Assembly: GCF_000143415.4 (NCBI RefSeq)
Contig: NW_003314277.1
Span: forward strand, 2,282,633 to 2,346,632
Direction: 5' to 3'
DNA length: 64,000 bases
From: Selaginella moellendorffii
Lineage: Eukaryota; Plantae; Lycopodiophyta
Made by a program: the position numbers and the translations under genes. Below, one piece after another: positions 38,002 to 49,758 of the stretch; the first letter of the stretch is position 1, and the number at the start of each line of letters is the position of its first letter. The notes below the pieces were generated by a model. It had not been told where the DNA came from. It did no database searches and was given only the letters and a program-made list of their open reading frames with translations.

Positions 38002-39030
38002 ATGGTCGACATTGAAGTGAAGGCCGAAGGAGGAATTCAGTATGCCAGAGCAGAGAGGGATCACTTGGAGCACGTAGCGTTCATTGTGAGCAAGTAAATC
38101 TGTGAACGTATTGGCCTGACTTTTTACTTTTCAGCACAAGATCAAGAGTTGTGAATTAGGCGAAGGGAAAGCGGTAACCGTTGTTCGCATGCACGAGGCA
38201 CAGTGGAGTGTGCACAGAGGTGGGCGAAGACTAGTTTTTCTACTACAGTACAGATCAAGTTTAATCTCTGGCTTGCCTCAGAAACAATCCCTTTCATGGA
38301 GGAGAATTGCTACAGACTTGGAAAGCTCTTGGAGGAATCCTTGAAGCGCTATGGCTTTTCCAAGGAAGCGATCGAGGTGGCCTTTCAAATGCAAGTCGCC
38401 GGGTTATTTCTTATTTCATTTCGTTGGCGTCATAGGCAAAGTTGCTATCCAAGATTGAGGTTTTCTGTTTCCCAGTATCGCCTGTGCTGGCCTTTCCTTA
38501 CAACTACGTTGGTTGTGATCAAGGGAGATGAGGCTTTGGTCGCTGGTGGAGGTGCGTTTTGCAAGCAAGAAAGAGGTGTGTACATGCCTTCTAGCTCAAC
38601 ATTGTAAAGGTGGTAATCTCTTGCTTGAAACAGGAATTCGTTGTCAACCAAAAGGGCCTAAACGTCAAGGACCAGCACACGATCATCGTGGACAAAGTAT
38701 AACTGTACACTTATATCACATACCCTGGCTGACTGTGGCTTGTCTAGGTGGATCTTTCGAATAAGCAGGTTATTCTGTTAGTGCCGCAAAAATTGCACAA
38801 GTAGGAAGCTTGGACCAGGTTTTTATTTTTTCTTTCTGATCTTTTCTCTTTCATTTCAGGAATGCCCTGAAGGGCTCATTTAGCAGGCTGACCACAAGAC
38901 ATGTAAGTTTTTTCTTTCTTCCTTCTTCATGACGCTATTTCTCTCGCAGCCAGCAAATTTATCGGCAATAGCCAAGGGAGTAGTGGCCATGGATAGTCTG
39001 GCAAGGGAAAGCGTGGCCATGGCAATAAGC
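38002..39030 (+). other. Unidentified multi-exon gene or pseudogene candidate
   Basis: ATG 38002 and several ~50-nt GT..AG pyrimidine-rich intron-like segments. No recognisable domain. Confidence 0.3.
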
Positions 39031-39489
39031 AAGTTGTCCTAGTACTTTGTTTCATTTGTGGTGGCCAAAACTCTAGGCTACGAGACCCTGGAAGTTTATT
39101 AAGGGGACCATGAGAGAGTGAGGTAGGTTAGGTCCCATGCTCAATCTTTGTGTGTTTAGTTCATATACCAATGTTTAGGTTAATTTCAATGTTGCTTCAG
39201 CTCTAAATCAACTTCCCATGATCGGTTCGACACTTTTTGAACATCATGGATATGCACCTCCCACATTCCCTTGGTGGCTGGCCACTAGGACTTCCCTCTT
39301 CCAATGGAAGTTCTGCTAATGTTTTGGCTCCACACCAGCCATTCTTTCAGACCTCATCAGAAGCTCCGCTCTTCACCAAGTCCTTGGCAGCCTGCAATCT
39401 CACTGATGGGAGGCTCCAAATGGTCACCAAACTTGGGTTGGCCCCAGGACCAATTTTTCAAGGAAGCTCAATCAATCCAGTGGCAAGGG

Positions 39490-39850
39490 AAGGATAGACT
39501 CACGATTGAAGAGTATCGAGGGGAAAACGATCAGCAAAAGCTACAAGAATGGCTATGAAAACTTAGATCATTGGTTTGTGTATAGAGGCCACCGAATACT
39601 CACAAGGTGGCATTTTCAGTGCTAGACCTTAAAGGCCTGGCTTCAGAATAGTTTAGCTTGGAACAGAGGGGCAAGCTTCCAGGATGGGAGGAATTCAACA
39701 TAGCAGTTCATCACCATGTCTGTTGGAGAGCTGCCATTGAACAAGTTGAAGGGCCAAATGCTGTAGGAATTCAATGAACAATGGCTGAAGGTAAGGTATG
39801 AAGTCACTGGAATTCCAAAGGGGGCTCTCCTTCAGCACTATCTGGCATTG
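39490..39850 (+). mobile_element. Retrotransposon gag fragment adjoining an assembly gap
   Basis: EEYRGENDQQKLQEWL...KVAFSVLDLKGLASE..GWEEF, with stops. Confidence 0.55.
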
Positions 39851-40729
39851 CANNNNNNNNNNNNNNNNNNNNNNNNNNNNNNNNNNNNNNNNNNNNNNNN
39901 NNNNNNNNNNNNNNNNNNNNNNNNNNNNNNNNNNNNNNNNNNNNNNNNNNNNNNNNNNNNNNNNNNNNNNNNNNNNNNNNNNNNNNNNNNNNAAGCGACT
40001 TTGACACTGAAAGCTCATCATACTTTTCTTATCCTTTAAAGAGTATAGTCTTTCCAATTTAAAGACTCATTAAACTACTTTTGGTGGTTCTTTCCCTTTA
40101 TTTGGTTTATTTTTCACTAAATTTGTTAAAGATGTCTTCTCTATCTCAATCTAACTATTCATTCCTGAGTATCCTTAGTTTTTATCAACATAACCATCAC
40201 ACTTTGAAGCTTTTAGTTTTGACTTCTTGAAGTTAATTTCCTGGATATTTTCGACACCTTGTATTGCATACATTATGTAACTCCACTTTCCCATTCTAAA
40301 TTTTTTTACTTGAATCCTCTATTTTATTTCGTGCCACTTTAAACACTAAGTTCCATTTATCCATAGTTTGTGCTAGCATAGCTGCTCCCTCCCTTAGAAC
40401 TTTCATTTTTGCCAAATTAAGCATTTGGGGAATCTATTTTTAGAAACATATTTCTTTTCTCATAATCTATTAATATCCAACACATAAGTGTTCCTCACTT
40501 AACATTGCTATTTGGATTCCTTCTAATGATTTCCATGGCCTATTCTTGGCCACTAATTTTTTGCTCTTACCTTTTAATTGTTGTATTAAGCAATATAGAA
40601 TCATTATCTTCATTCTCGAGGCATCTTTTCAGTTCCATAACAAAAGCTCTTGCTTTACCAAATCCAAAGGGTGTTCACCCCTAATAAGTCTTTTACATTT
40701 TTTGCTTTGGGCTTTACTCACAGCCCAAC

Positions 40730-41275
40730 TTTGTGACCCTCCCATGGGATTGAATGAAAGTACGGAGCTAAATTCCTAAGCATAGAGCCAAGGAGTGACT
40801 AAATTAGACCATGGAGCAACTCCCGAGCATACAGCCCAAGGAGCAAAGGGATAGGAGCACGGAGCGACTTGGAACAGTCTTAAATAAACACTTTTCATAA
40901 ATATGAAATGAAATTAACACAAAGGGCATGATAGCGAAAGTGTTTAGCAAACACGGTAAACTATTATTTAGCGAGTATTAAGGGACTAAGCTCAATATCA
41001 TAGGAGTTCCCAACACTAGCAAGTGCAAGTCAACATCATGAGTTTCTCATCACTGTGTCAAGTCTATTTGACAAATGACAATTTAGAATTTCCTTCCTTA
41101 GTACCCTTTCAGTCTAAGTGCATATGTGATGAATAGTTTCTTAATTAGCTTAGGTAGAGACTGATAAAGGATTTAGCAATACCGACCTCTTGCTGTCGTG
41201 GCAATAAAGAAAGAATATTTGAAAGGACTAGTCAATAGGTAACTTTCGATACCTGAAGTTACATTCATGATAGCG
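40730..41275 (-). mobile_element. Deleted LTR remnant of the same family as 49759-57129
   Basis: Matches LTR text such as AAAGGGCATGATAGCGA...GATACCTGAAGTTACATTC. Confidence 0.7.
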
Positions 41276-42954
41276 ATGATAATATAGTGATCCTCCACAA
41301 CACTATAATCAGTTCATATGGTTCTGTTCAACAGAAGTTATGCACATATGGTCTGTTGTAGCATAGATTATCCAAAAATTAGAACATGTACCATGTACTT
41401 GGCCAATTGAAAAAAGGGTGAACTTGATAAATTTGGAGCTTCAAGCTTTGGTTGAAACAAGCTTTAAATTTGAAGAGAACACTTTACACCCACAACCACA
41501 AGTTTAACCTTAACATTATTCTCAAGAAGTTCTAAAAACAAAAAATAACAAAAGTGTGAAGATTATAAATACTTGGTCAAAGGAAACAAAGACAACATAC
41601 TCAAAAGCATTATAGTTGAAGGTGAAAGTTAAGAGTGTCAACATCAAGTAACAATATTATCATCATGAGTATACAATTCTCAATTAAAGAACTAATAGTA
41701 TAAACGAGAAGGTTTACAAGATCACAATCAACTAATTCCCAAATTGCATTTGCACATATGTCTTTCAATGTCAAGCTTTTGATAAATCTTTCATTCCTTG
41801 CAAGCACATATATTTTGTATATTGTATATTTCTTGGGATGGATCCAAATGTTAAACTTTGGCTTCATCGTCTTGCAATGTTTGAATATGAGGTGTTTATG
41901 ACATTGAAAAAGAATTAGAAATTGGTATTGTATTTGATTTTAATAGAAGATAAAGAAATTTTTATTTATAAATTACATCTAAAAAAATATATAGCATTTC
42001 TTATAATAGGGATTTTATGTAATAATAATAAATTTAAAGTTTCCAAGATTATTGAGTAGATCACTCGAAGGCAAATGCCCCAAAAGCAAACAAATTTACT
42101 CTTCAAGGACTTGATCTCATACCTGTTGAGCTCCATGATCACCCTGAGCAGCTGCTGCTGGGTCGAGAAGCTCAACAAATCTCATTTACCCCCTCAGTTT
42201 TGCCAAGAAGACAATGTCTTGTTCCTCCAAAGGACAAGTGCTGATTCTTGCAGCTTCTGCCACAAAGCTTGCTGCAACACAAACGCAGGGATCTGCATAG
42301 CAAGAAGACTGAGCACATCCAGGCCTGCATTTCCGCTCCTCAAGTGTTGTCCATGCACAGCGAATCTTGCCACATCCAGGAGCTCCACCATTAGCTCATA
42401 GTTACTGCCAAACTTCCTAACGTTGCATACATACGTGTTACAAACGGCATTATGAATGACAAATTTTCATCTGAACGCAACGTGTGAACCGAATGTGAAA
42501 ATTTCCCTAAAGAAAGTGGAAAGAAATCTTTAAAACTTGAAACTTGAACCTTCACCTTCAATAGAATGAAGCTCCCACAAAGGTTCTTTCCTCTTGCCTC
42601 CTCTACGTGGAGGCATAATGGATGATAAACCTAGCTTAATGGTAAACTTAATTTAAATTTATGGAAAGATTCGGAATCTTTAAAAGAGTTCGTTTTGAAC
42701 GTGACTCGAACCCGCACGTGTGTTACTAACGCGACGTTACGAACGCGTTACTAAATTTTCACCCAAACCCATTAATTGGTAACTATGCATTAACTCATAC
42801 GAGGCTGAAGTTCAAGATCCGGGGTGGATGCGCCCTCTCGGTGGATGCGCCCAAGGCTGTTCTTGCCTTTCTAGAAGATCAGTACTTGCCGGACGAGTAT
42901 CTTCTGGCCGAAGTCATCGCAGATTTATATGACACAAATATGGTTCACGTGTGA

Positions 42955-43810
42955 ATTCCCTGTAATGCGTGTATTTTCCAAATGTTTATCAATACCACGT
43001 CTGGACACAGTTTGCAGGCTATGAAACCCGGCATTGCAGCACGCACTCCAAACTTTCAAGGCGGTGGAAAAATAATACAGAGATACTCTCAGAAAGTGCT
43101 TCATAGTTTACATTGCAAATCATCGACAAGCAGCCATAGGCTTGCTGGACAAGGAAAGATCTTCGACAGAGGCATAAAACGCATCCATATCGCATCCAAG
43201 TTTTGTCGAGATTTTGGCTCGCCTCTAGCTCGAGAATTCGATCTCTTTTTGATGTTAAAACAAAGCCAGAGAAAGGAAAAGAAAAAAAATGTAAAGAAAG
43301 AACTCTAGTCGTGCTGATTTTTGCAGCCTGTTCTCTGAATTTCTCGATCATCTGCGTCTTTGCGCTGCTCGTTCTCGAAATACCGGGATCCTTTGCTCAT
43401 CTTGTAAACAATCTTCTGGACTTTTCCTTGTCCACACCACTCATTCCTGACTCCCGAGGTCGTGAGGCCCAGGATTTCTCCTCCTGGAGCAGCACGCCGG
43501 ATGGATCTATGCTGCTGCCGTCCTGTGACGCTCCCGACACACACACACACACACACACTCAAGCATAAAGAATGTGGGAAAATACCGTGTCGTACGGCTC
43601 CGATTCCGACCAGCTCCCCGCTTGATCCTCGCCTTGAGCTTGAGGCGCCATTCTTCCATCGCTGGAATCGCAGTGGGGAGGCTCACCACTGATCCCTCGC
43701 CATCGGCTTTGAACATAAACAGTGAAACTACGGCCAAGGGTTTATTTTGCCGTACAAGAAATTCATAGAAGATTCTGCCTTTTGACGGCAGATAGAATAT
43801 ACCGGTCGGG
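42955..43810 (-). pseudogene. POLK pseudogene (5' exons plus promoter; inverted duplicate of ~12480-13400)
   Basis: [37 protein letters not shown] and [10 protein letters not shown], with frameshifts. Introns are retained and the promoter matches. Confidence 0.9.
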
Positions 43811-43989
43811 TTTAGGGTTTTTGGCGAATGGGCATACTCCAGCCTCGCATTTCCTTCAAAAATCTTTGAACCGCAGCGCTGCAGCAAAGGCTGATCCGTA
43901 GGAAGCGTGCTTCTGCCCCAGCACATTCTGCTACTGCGTCTCCTGTAAGTACATCTCTCTCTCTCTCTCTCTGTGCTTGTCGAGATTTC

Positions 43990-44790
43990 TCATCGCGTTT
44001 TGATTGATAAGGTCGTCCCCCAAACGTTGGGCGTCATGGACCCATTAGAGATCTCTTCTGGCGGTCACCACGAGGAGCTGGTGGATATTGTCAAAGTGAA
44101 AGAAGGCGCGGGGACAAGCTCTCGAACCCGAGTCTGTAGAAGATCCTGGACGAGGGACTCCTCGCAGGTACAATATTCCAGAGAGTGAGAGGGAGACCTT
44201 TGCTCATCATCTCGCGCTGGTGGAGGCGATCAAGCAATTCATCCCCTGGAGATATCGAGCGGCTGAATGGCTGTTTGTCCGGTAAGCGGAAGTGGGAGTC
44301 TACCAACACGCGAGTGGAGGAGTTCGGTGGAGGAGTTCGTTGGCTTTTCCATCGAAGATGCGATCCGGGTGACTTGATCGAGGATGAAGATGCCCCGACT
44401 GGCAGTGTGCTCCACGTCCACGACTTGAGCGCGCTCAGACGCCTGCAGACAACCACTGAGAGCGCTAGCATAGACACGGACAAGATAGTCGGCGTGCTAG
44501 AACGGAAGTTCGCTGAGGACAAGTCGAGGGAGTGTGCGGTGTGGGAAGGCGGCTACCATTGCAGCAAGTATGCGATGGTCGGACCTCTCTACGTCGTGGT
44601 CGAGACACTCGCTCAGCTTGTGCGTGCAAGTGGTGATTACCCAGAATCGATGGTAGCGTTTGCTCGTCACCAAGTATTGACGGCTGACAATATGGAGTCT
44701 CTCTACCAGAAGTTGGATCTTGGCGCTAAGTTCCATAGGAAGATCTTCCAGGACGACCTTGCTGAAGAAGTGTATCCAAGCAAAGCTTGA
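43990..44790 (+). CDS. Uncharacterised protein (ORF 44185-44790 plus upstream homologous segment); possibly a pseudogene
   Basis: 201-aa open frame with two paralogous fragments in this window (11270-11570, 12040-12480). The start is unclear. Confidence 0.45.
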
Positions 44791-46999
44791 AAAGCTCCAT
44801 CAGCATTATTCCCTGGAAAAGATATAAGTAACAGAAGCTCGTTCTGTTGGCCTTACAAACCATAATATGAGAGGGAAAAAAATGAATTTAAGCTTCATAA
44901 GCTTCTATGATCACTTCATCGTGGTTACTGCTTCCAACAATGGTGAGCAATGGGTTTAGTCATGCTGGAGCTTGCCGGCTCTTTGACGGGCTTTTGCGAT
45001 TAATCCTTGGAGACTCAGTATTGAGGATGACTCAGGAGGATCTGAGAAAAAGGATCAAGCTCAATGATGAGATTAATGAAGTGCTCAATAGCAACCTCCA
45101 TTAGAAGGGGAAGATAGTATATATTTTAAAGAAATAATTTGCTGTGCATTGCATGCAGTAATGTTTGATTTGAGTGTTATTCATATTTAGTATTATTTCA
45201 AATAAAGATTTATGACCTAAGCAATTTGTGATGCAATTTTGGAGGCAAAACATTGTGCAAGCCTACAAAATATATGAAAAAAAGCACATGTGTGTCTATA
45301 ACTCCATTAGAAGTGGAAAATTAATCTAAGTTTATATTTTAAAGAAATAATGTATTACACATTATAGCAAGCAATTTGCAATGGTGGGGTAGATGGCCAA
45401 GAAAAAATTGTGCAAACTTGCAAAATATATGAAAAAAAACATGTATGCTTAAATTGTTATAACACATATTTGTGGCTTTTAAAATAATATTTTAAACATA
45501 ATTTCTTTTTAACATACAGGCATGCATTGATAGATATATGGCAAAGTCTATATTAGCATTATGTATGTGACTTTTTTGTTGTATAAATTTCAAAATATTT
45601 TGATCTTTGTCTTGGCTTTATTTCTTTAGAGGTTATGATTCGCAATGACACCAGTATAGTTATATGCTCAGAGTTTCTTATTTCTGGTGTAGGTGAGGGC
45701 GGATAACAATAGAATTTGTAAAATTTCAAGTGGAAGGAGATTTGAGTTTTTGGATCTCTAATTTAAGTGCCAAGATGCACTTCAACCAAAATGAATGTGA
45801 AGTAAGAGTCAATCATTATCCTCTCGTCCTTTTTTAGTTCAAGTGAAAAAGTCATACTAGTGTTGGCACCAAATTTACTAACTCCATCTTCAGCAATATT
45901 CAAAGTCGTTAGCAATGCTTTTCAATTTTCGCACCTCTCAATTGACATACATTTATTTTTGTATAAGCCCGTGAGCAAGCTTCCATCCTCTTATAACAGC
46001 AATATTTTATTTGAGCTATCACCTCTTGTTAGCAACATAGGTTCCAAACAAAAGGGGATGGAGCAAATAGGATACCCATAATTGGTGCAAGATCAAGACT
46101 ACACACTTCCAACATTTTGAAGGCATAGTGTTTATAGTTTATTGTGGTGGATATTTAAATTGCATGGATAAAGCATGCAATCAAGATCATTGTAGAAATT
46201 CTATATTTTTCAAATGGTCTATAATCAATCTTGCTTTCTGTGATACCATTGCTATTGGATTCAAGTGTCGATTCTACAAAAAAACTCTTTTATATCATGC
46301 TATCCACGAAGCCAAAATGTATTACTTTCTTCCATAGAATGGAGTGGCTAAAAGAGCTATAGTGCATATTAGCACACACATGCATCAATGTAGGAAGGGA
46401 TGCAAAGGAGTTCTCTTAACTATTTTAAAGATGTTATGCAGAAAGAGACTATGAGAAACTCATTTGTAACTTCGAAGCATGTTCAAAAGGCTATCTTCAA
46501 AGATTTTATTGCAAACACCTTACTCAATCCAAACTGCCAAAAGACTCAACTAAACAAGGTTAGCTTGTGGGACTTATTATGAGGAGTACAATTTGCTATT
46601 AACCTAAGGAGGTACGTTTGTTGTATTTCATATGTTACAAAAATATCTTTTCCTTACATTATATTGTTTAGGATAAAATCTTGGATGTGTGAATCTTGAG
46701 AAGGAAAGTTGTGATAAAAAATTGACTCTATCCTTGAACTAAAAAGGACTTGTCCATACGAGTTCATCCACAGAAGTTTGTTTCTAGATTAAGTTGTGAA
46801 TGAGTAGGAGCACCCCTTCGTATTCAAGATATCTATAATGGGCCCTGCCTCTGATGTAAATATTGTCTCCCAAATAAACATATTTGGATCTAGTGATCTT
46901 GCAAATGCATAGGTATATTTAACCATATAGAGCATATATCAGGTTGAACAACTATGTGAGTTCATGTGTATGATCTAAGGTAATTTTTATTCTCATTAT

Positions 47000-49380
47000 A
47001 TTGAAATTGTTGTAATATTTATGTTTTCACAGGCTACATTGTAACTTACAATTGTGACAGCAAAGTTTAAAGTACAAGACCAAATAGCCTAGGAATTATT
47101 TTGGAACTCCCTCTTCGATATTATACTAAAGTGGATTGGTAAGTTTGCAAACTTTCGTGGTTTTATAGTAAATGAGGTTGGTGTAAACAAGAATGGTGTT
47201 TGAGCAATTTTTGGGAATGATCAACTATTGGAAGGTCGTGAGAGGACTTATGAGTTCCATTGGGCTCAAAGTGTAAATTAGCACTACCACCTTATCAAGC
47301 TAGAGTTTCAATCAATGTTTAAGAAGTTGTGCAAACAATGGCAGGCTACACCTTTTAAAAAAGAGTATAAGGCAAAAGCAAATGAGATTCAAATGTGGTG
47401 GTGTGAAGATGGCTATACAGATATAAGTTGTCTATCACAACTTGAGTCGTGGTTAGGGTGGTGGGAAGTTAGGATGTTCTAGTGGAGACATCACTGTAAG
47501 CTCCTTGAATTTAGACTTCCCGGGAGGTCACCCAACCCAGTATTATTTAAACCCAAGGACGATTAACCCTAAATATCCTAAGACCCTTAACCGATTGGAA
47601 AAAGGGGTGCACTCTTGGGCCCTTTATCTGAATTGTATGAACCCCATGGATTGTCTCTCGAGTCGTTCGCTTTGGTTTCTTACAATTCACCACGCTTCCT
47701 TGCAAGTTCACGCCCTCGTGAACAGAAGTTAAGAGCCCAGTAGGAGCAAACTGGACCAGCCAGATGTCAATCAACATATGGTGTGATTCCCCTAAGCCAA
47801 CCAACAGAGTTGGACCCGAGACCCCTCTAATACCAACTGTAAACTCCTTGAATTTGGACTTCCCGGGAGCTCACCCAACCTAGTACTATTCAAACCCAAG
47901 GACACTTAACCCTAAATATCCCAAAACCTTTAATCGATTGGAAAGGGGGTGCACTCTTGTTCATGGGCCCTTTCCTTCTATATTTGAACTTCATGGATTA
48001 TCTCTCGAGTCGTTTGCTTTGGTTGCTTACAATCACTCTTTTTAAGTTAGTTTTTATTTTTTCTTCTCATTTTATTGCCTTTTAATATTGCCTTTTTTCA
48101 TTGGGATCAACCATTTAAGGATCTTGTATACACCCCAACTGAAAATCTCCCCAAAAGTAAGCATTGGAGTTTGCATTCCTCTAAGGTAGGAAAAGGGAAG
48201 ATGAGTCTATATAAAGCTTATTTATTAGATTTGATACACATTATAAAGTAGTTTTCAAAACCGTTGGCATTTGAGGAATGAAGATACATGGGAAGGTTGA
48301 GATGTTACATGATAGGATGAAGAGAAAATTAACTCCACCCACCTGAACGATGGCAATTATGGTTGAGAAAGTGGTCTGTGGCACATCTATGAAGTACATT
48401 CTTTGGGTTTCTATTGGTGATATAAAGATTGTTTGCTCAAACTGTCATTTTTCCTTTCTTGGTGAAGATGTTGGCACAGACCTTGGAGTGGAAAGCTCTC
48501 ATAAGTCTAATGTTAAGTACCATTCTACTCTAAGACACTACTCTTGGATTGAGCCACCTTAAATGGTTGATAAAGAGAGTATATCACAGCAAATTGAAAT
48601 CGTTTACCATAGCGTGGAGCCAAAGCAATGAGCATTCCGCCATGTGCTAGCAAAATCCAATGTAACGTGTGTGGGGATGTTTCCAAGGGGCAAGTATTAA
48701 ATCTAGATTTGTGGTGATAAATCTGTTTTTGTTCTAGCCCCATATTTCTATAGGAAATGCAAGCAAGCAAGATTTTTGAGATGGTGCTAGTTGTATTGTT
48801 ATAACACCGATGGCAACCATATGAAACAACTTAAAGACATTATAGTGACTAAACCTAATGCAGTACCTAAAGAATGGCTAGTTGTTAATGGGGTCACACT
48901 CACCTCAGATGAAATTGAAAACCTTGAGAAATTTGGTTTCAATCTTGAAAGGAGAGTTGGAAACATAAGTGATAGAACCAAGACTATTCCTACAAAGATA
49001 CATAGAAATCTAGCAAGAAAAGGTAAGGTAGTTAAATTTATTGGTACTATCTCTAAGTAGAAGTAGGGTAAATAAGCTTAGCTCAAACACTTGAGTGTGA
49101 GATTCTCTCCATGAAGTATATCACTGCACTTGCAAAGGAATACATAGTCAAAACAAAAGGTGGAGAGTACATAATTACCATTCAAGACTTTCTTTTTTGC
49201 ATATGTCCAGACTTTATAAAGCACGAGGAACATAGGAAGGCATATGCTCCTTGCAAACATATGTACTACATCTTTATCAACATTTTGCACTAAGATCCTA
49301 AAGTGGATATTCATATACACTAAACAAGTCTTATTATTGCTGAGTTGCAGAAAACTTTTAGAGCTAACTAGATTTTCCAA
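47000..49380 (+). mobile_element. SWIM zinc-finger (MULE-like) transposase remnant
   Basis: YIITIQDFLFCICPDF...PCKHMYYIF (CxC..CxH) at ~49170-49280, with Trp-rich decayed coding fragments upstream. Confidence 0.5.
47495..48031 (-). mobile_element. Cassandra-type TRIM (LTRs 47495-47684 and 47838-48031 carrying a 5S rRNA internal promoter region)
   Basis: TGTAA..TTACA LTRs; 5-bp TSD ATCAC; degenerate Met PBS (47825-47835); PPT; 153-bp non-coding internal region. The LTR minus strand contains a 5S box A-IE-box C-like segment. Confidence 0.9.
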
Positions 49381-49758
49381 CTCTATCGATATTTATTCTC
49401 TATCAATAATATAAACTCATTATACTTTATATATTTAATTAAAAACATTTACTTTTCATTTCATATATTTGCCAGTGTTCTTTTCACAATACTACTCATA
49501 ATACTCATGTCTCCATTTCTATCTTTACCATCTCAAAAAATATTTGATGGTAGTCTTTTAGGTGCATATGTTGCAGTGTGTCATTAGAGCATATATACTA
49601 TCATACTGTAGCACATGTGGTTTTTACCCTTTATCCTATGGTGGTTTACCATAGGATAACACCATGAAGCGGAACCTAAACCCTCTTTATGCCACGTGTC
49701 ACATGCCACGTTCCAAAGGAACATGGTGTGGAACTCGACGTTCAGGGCCTTGGGCCAC

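Noticed and set aside
42050-42420. Coding-like fragment on the minus strand (MVELLDVARFAVHG...)
   Set aside because: Interrupted by stops and no family recognised; left unannotated.
47505-47912. 5S-like sequence as a true 5S rRNA gene
   Set aside because: Only the ~55-nt internal promoter region matches, and it lies inside TRIM LTRs.
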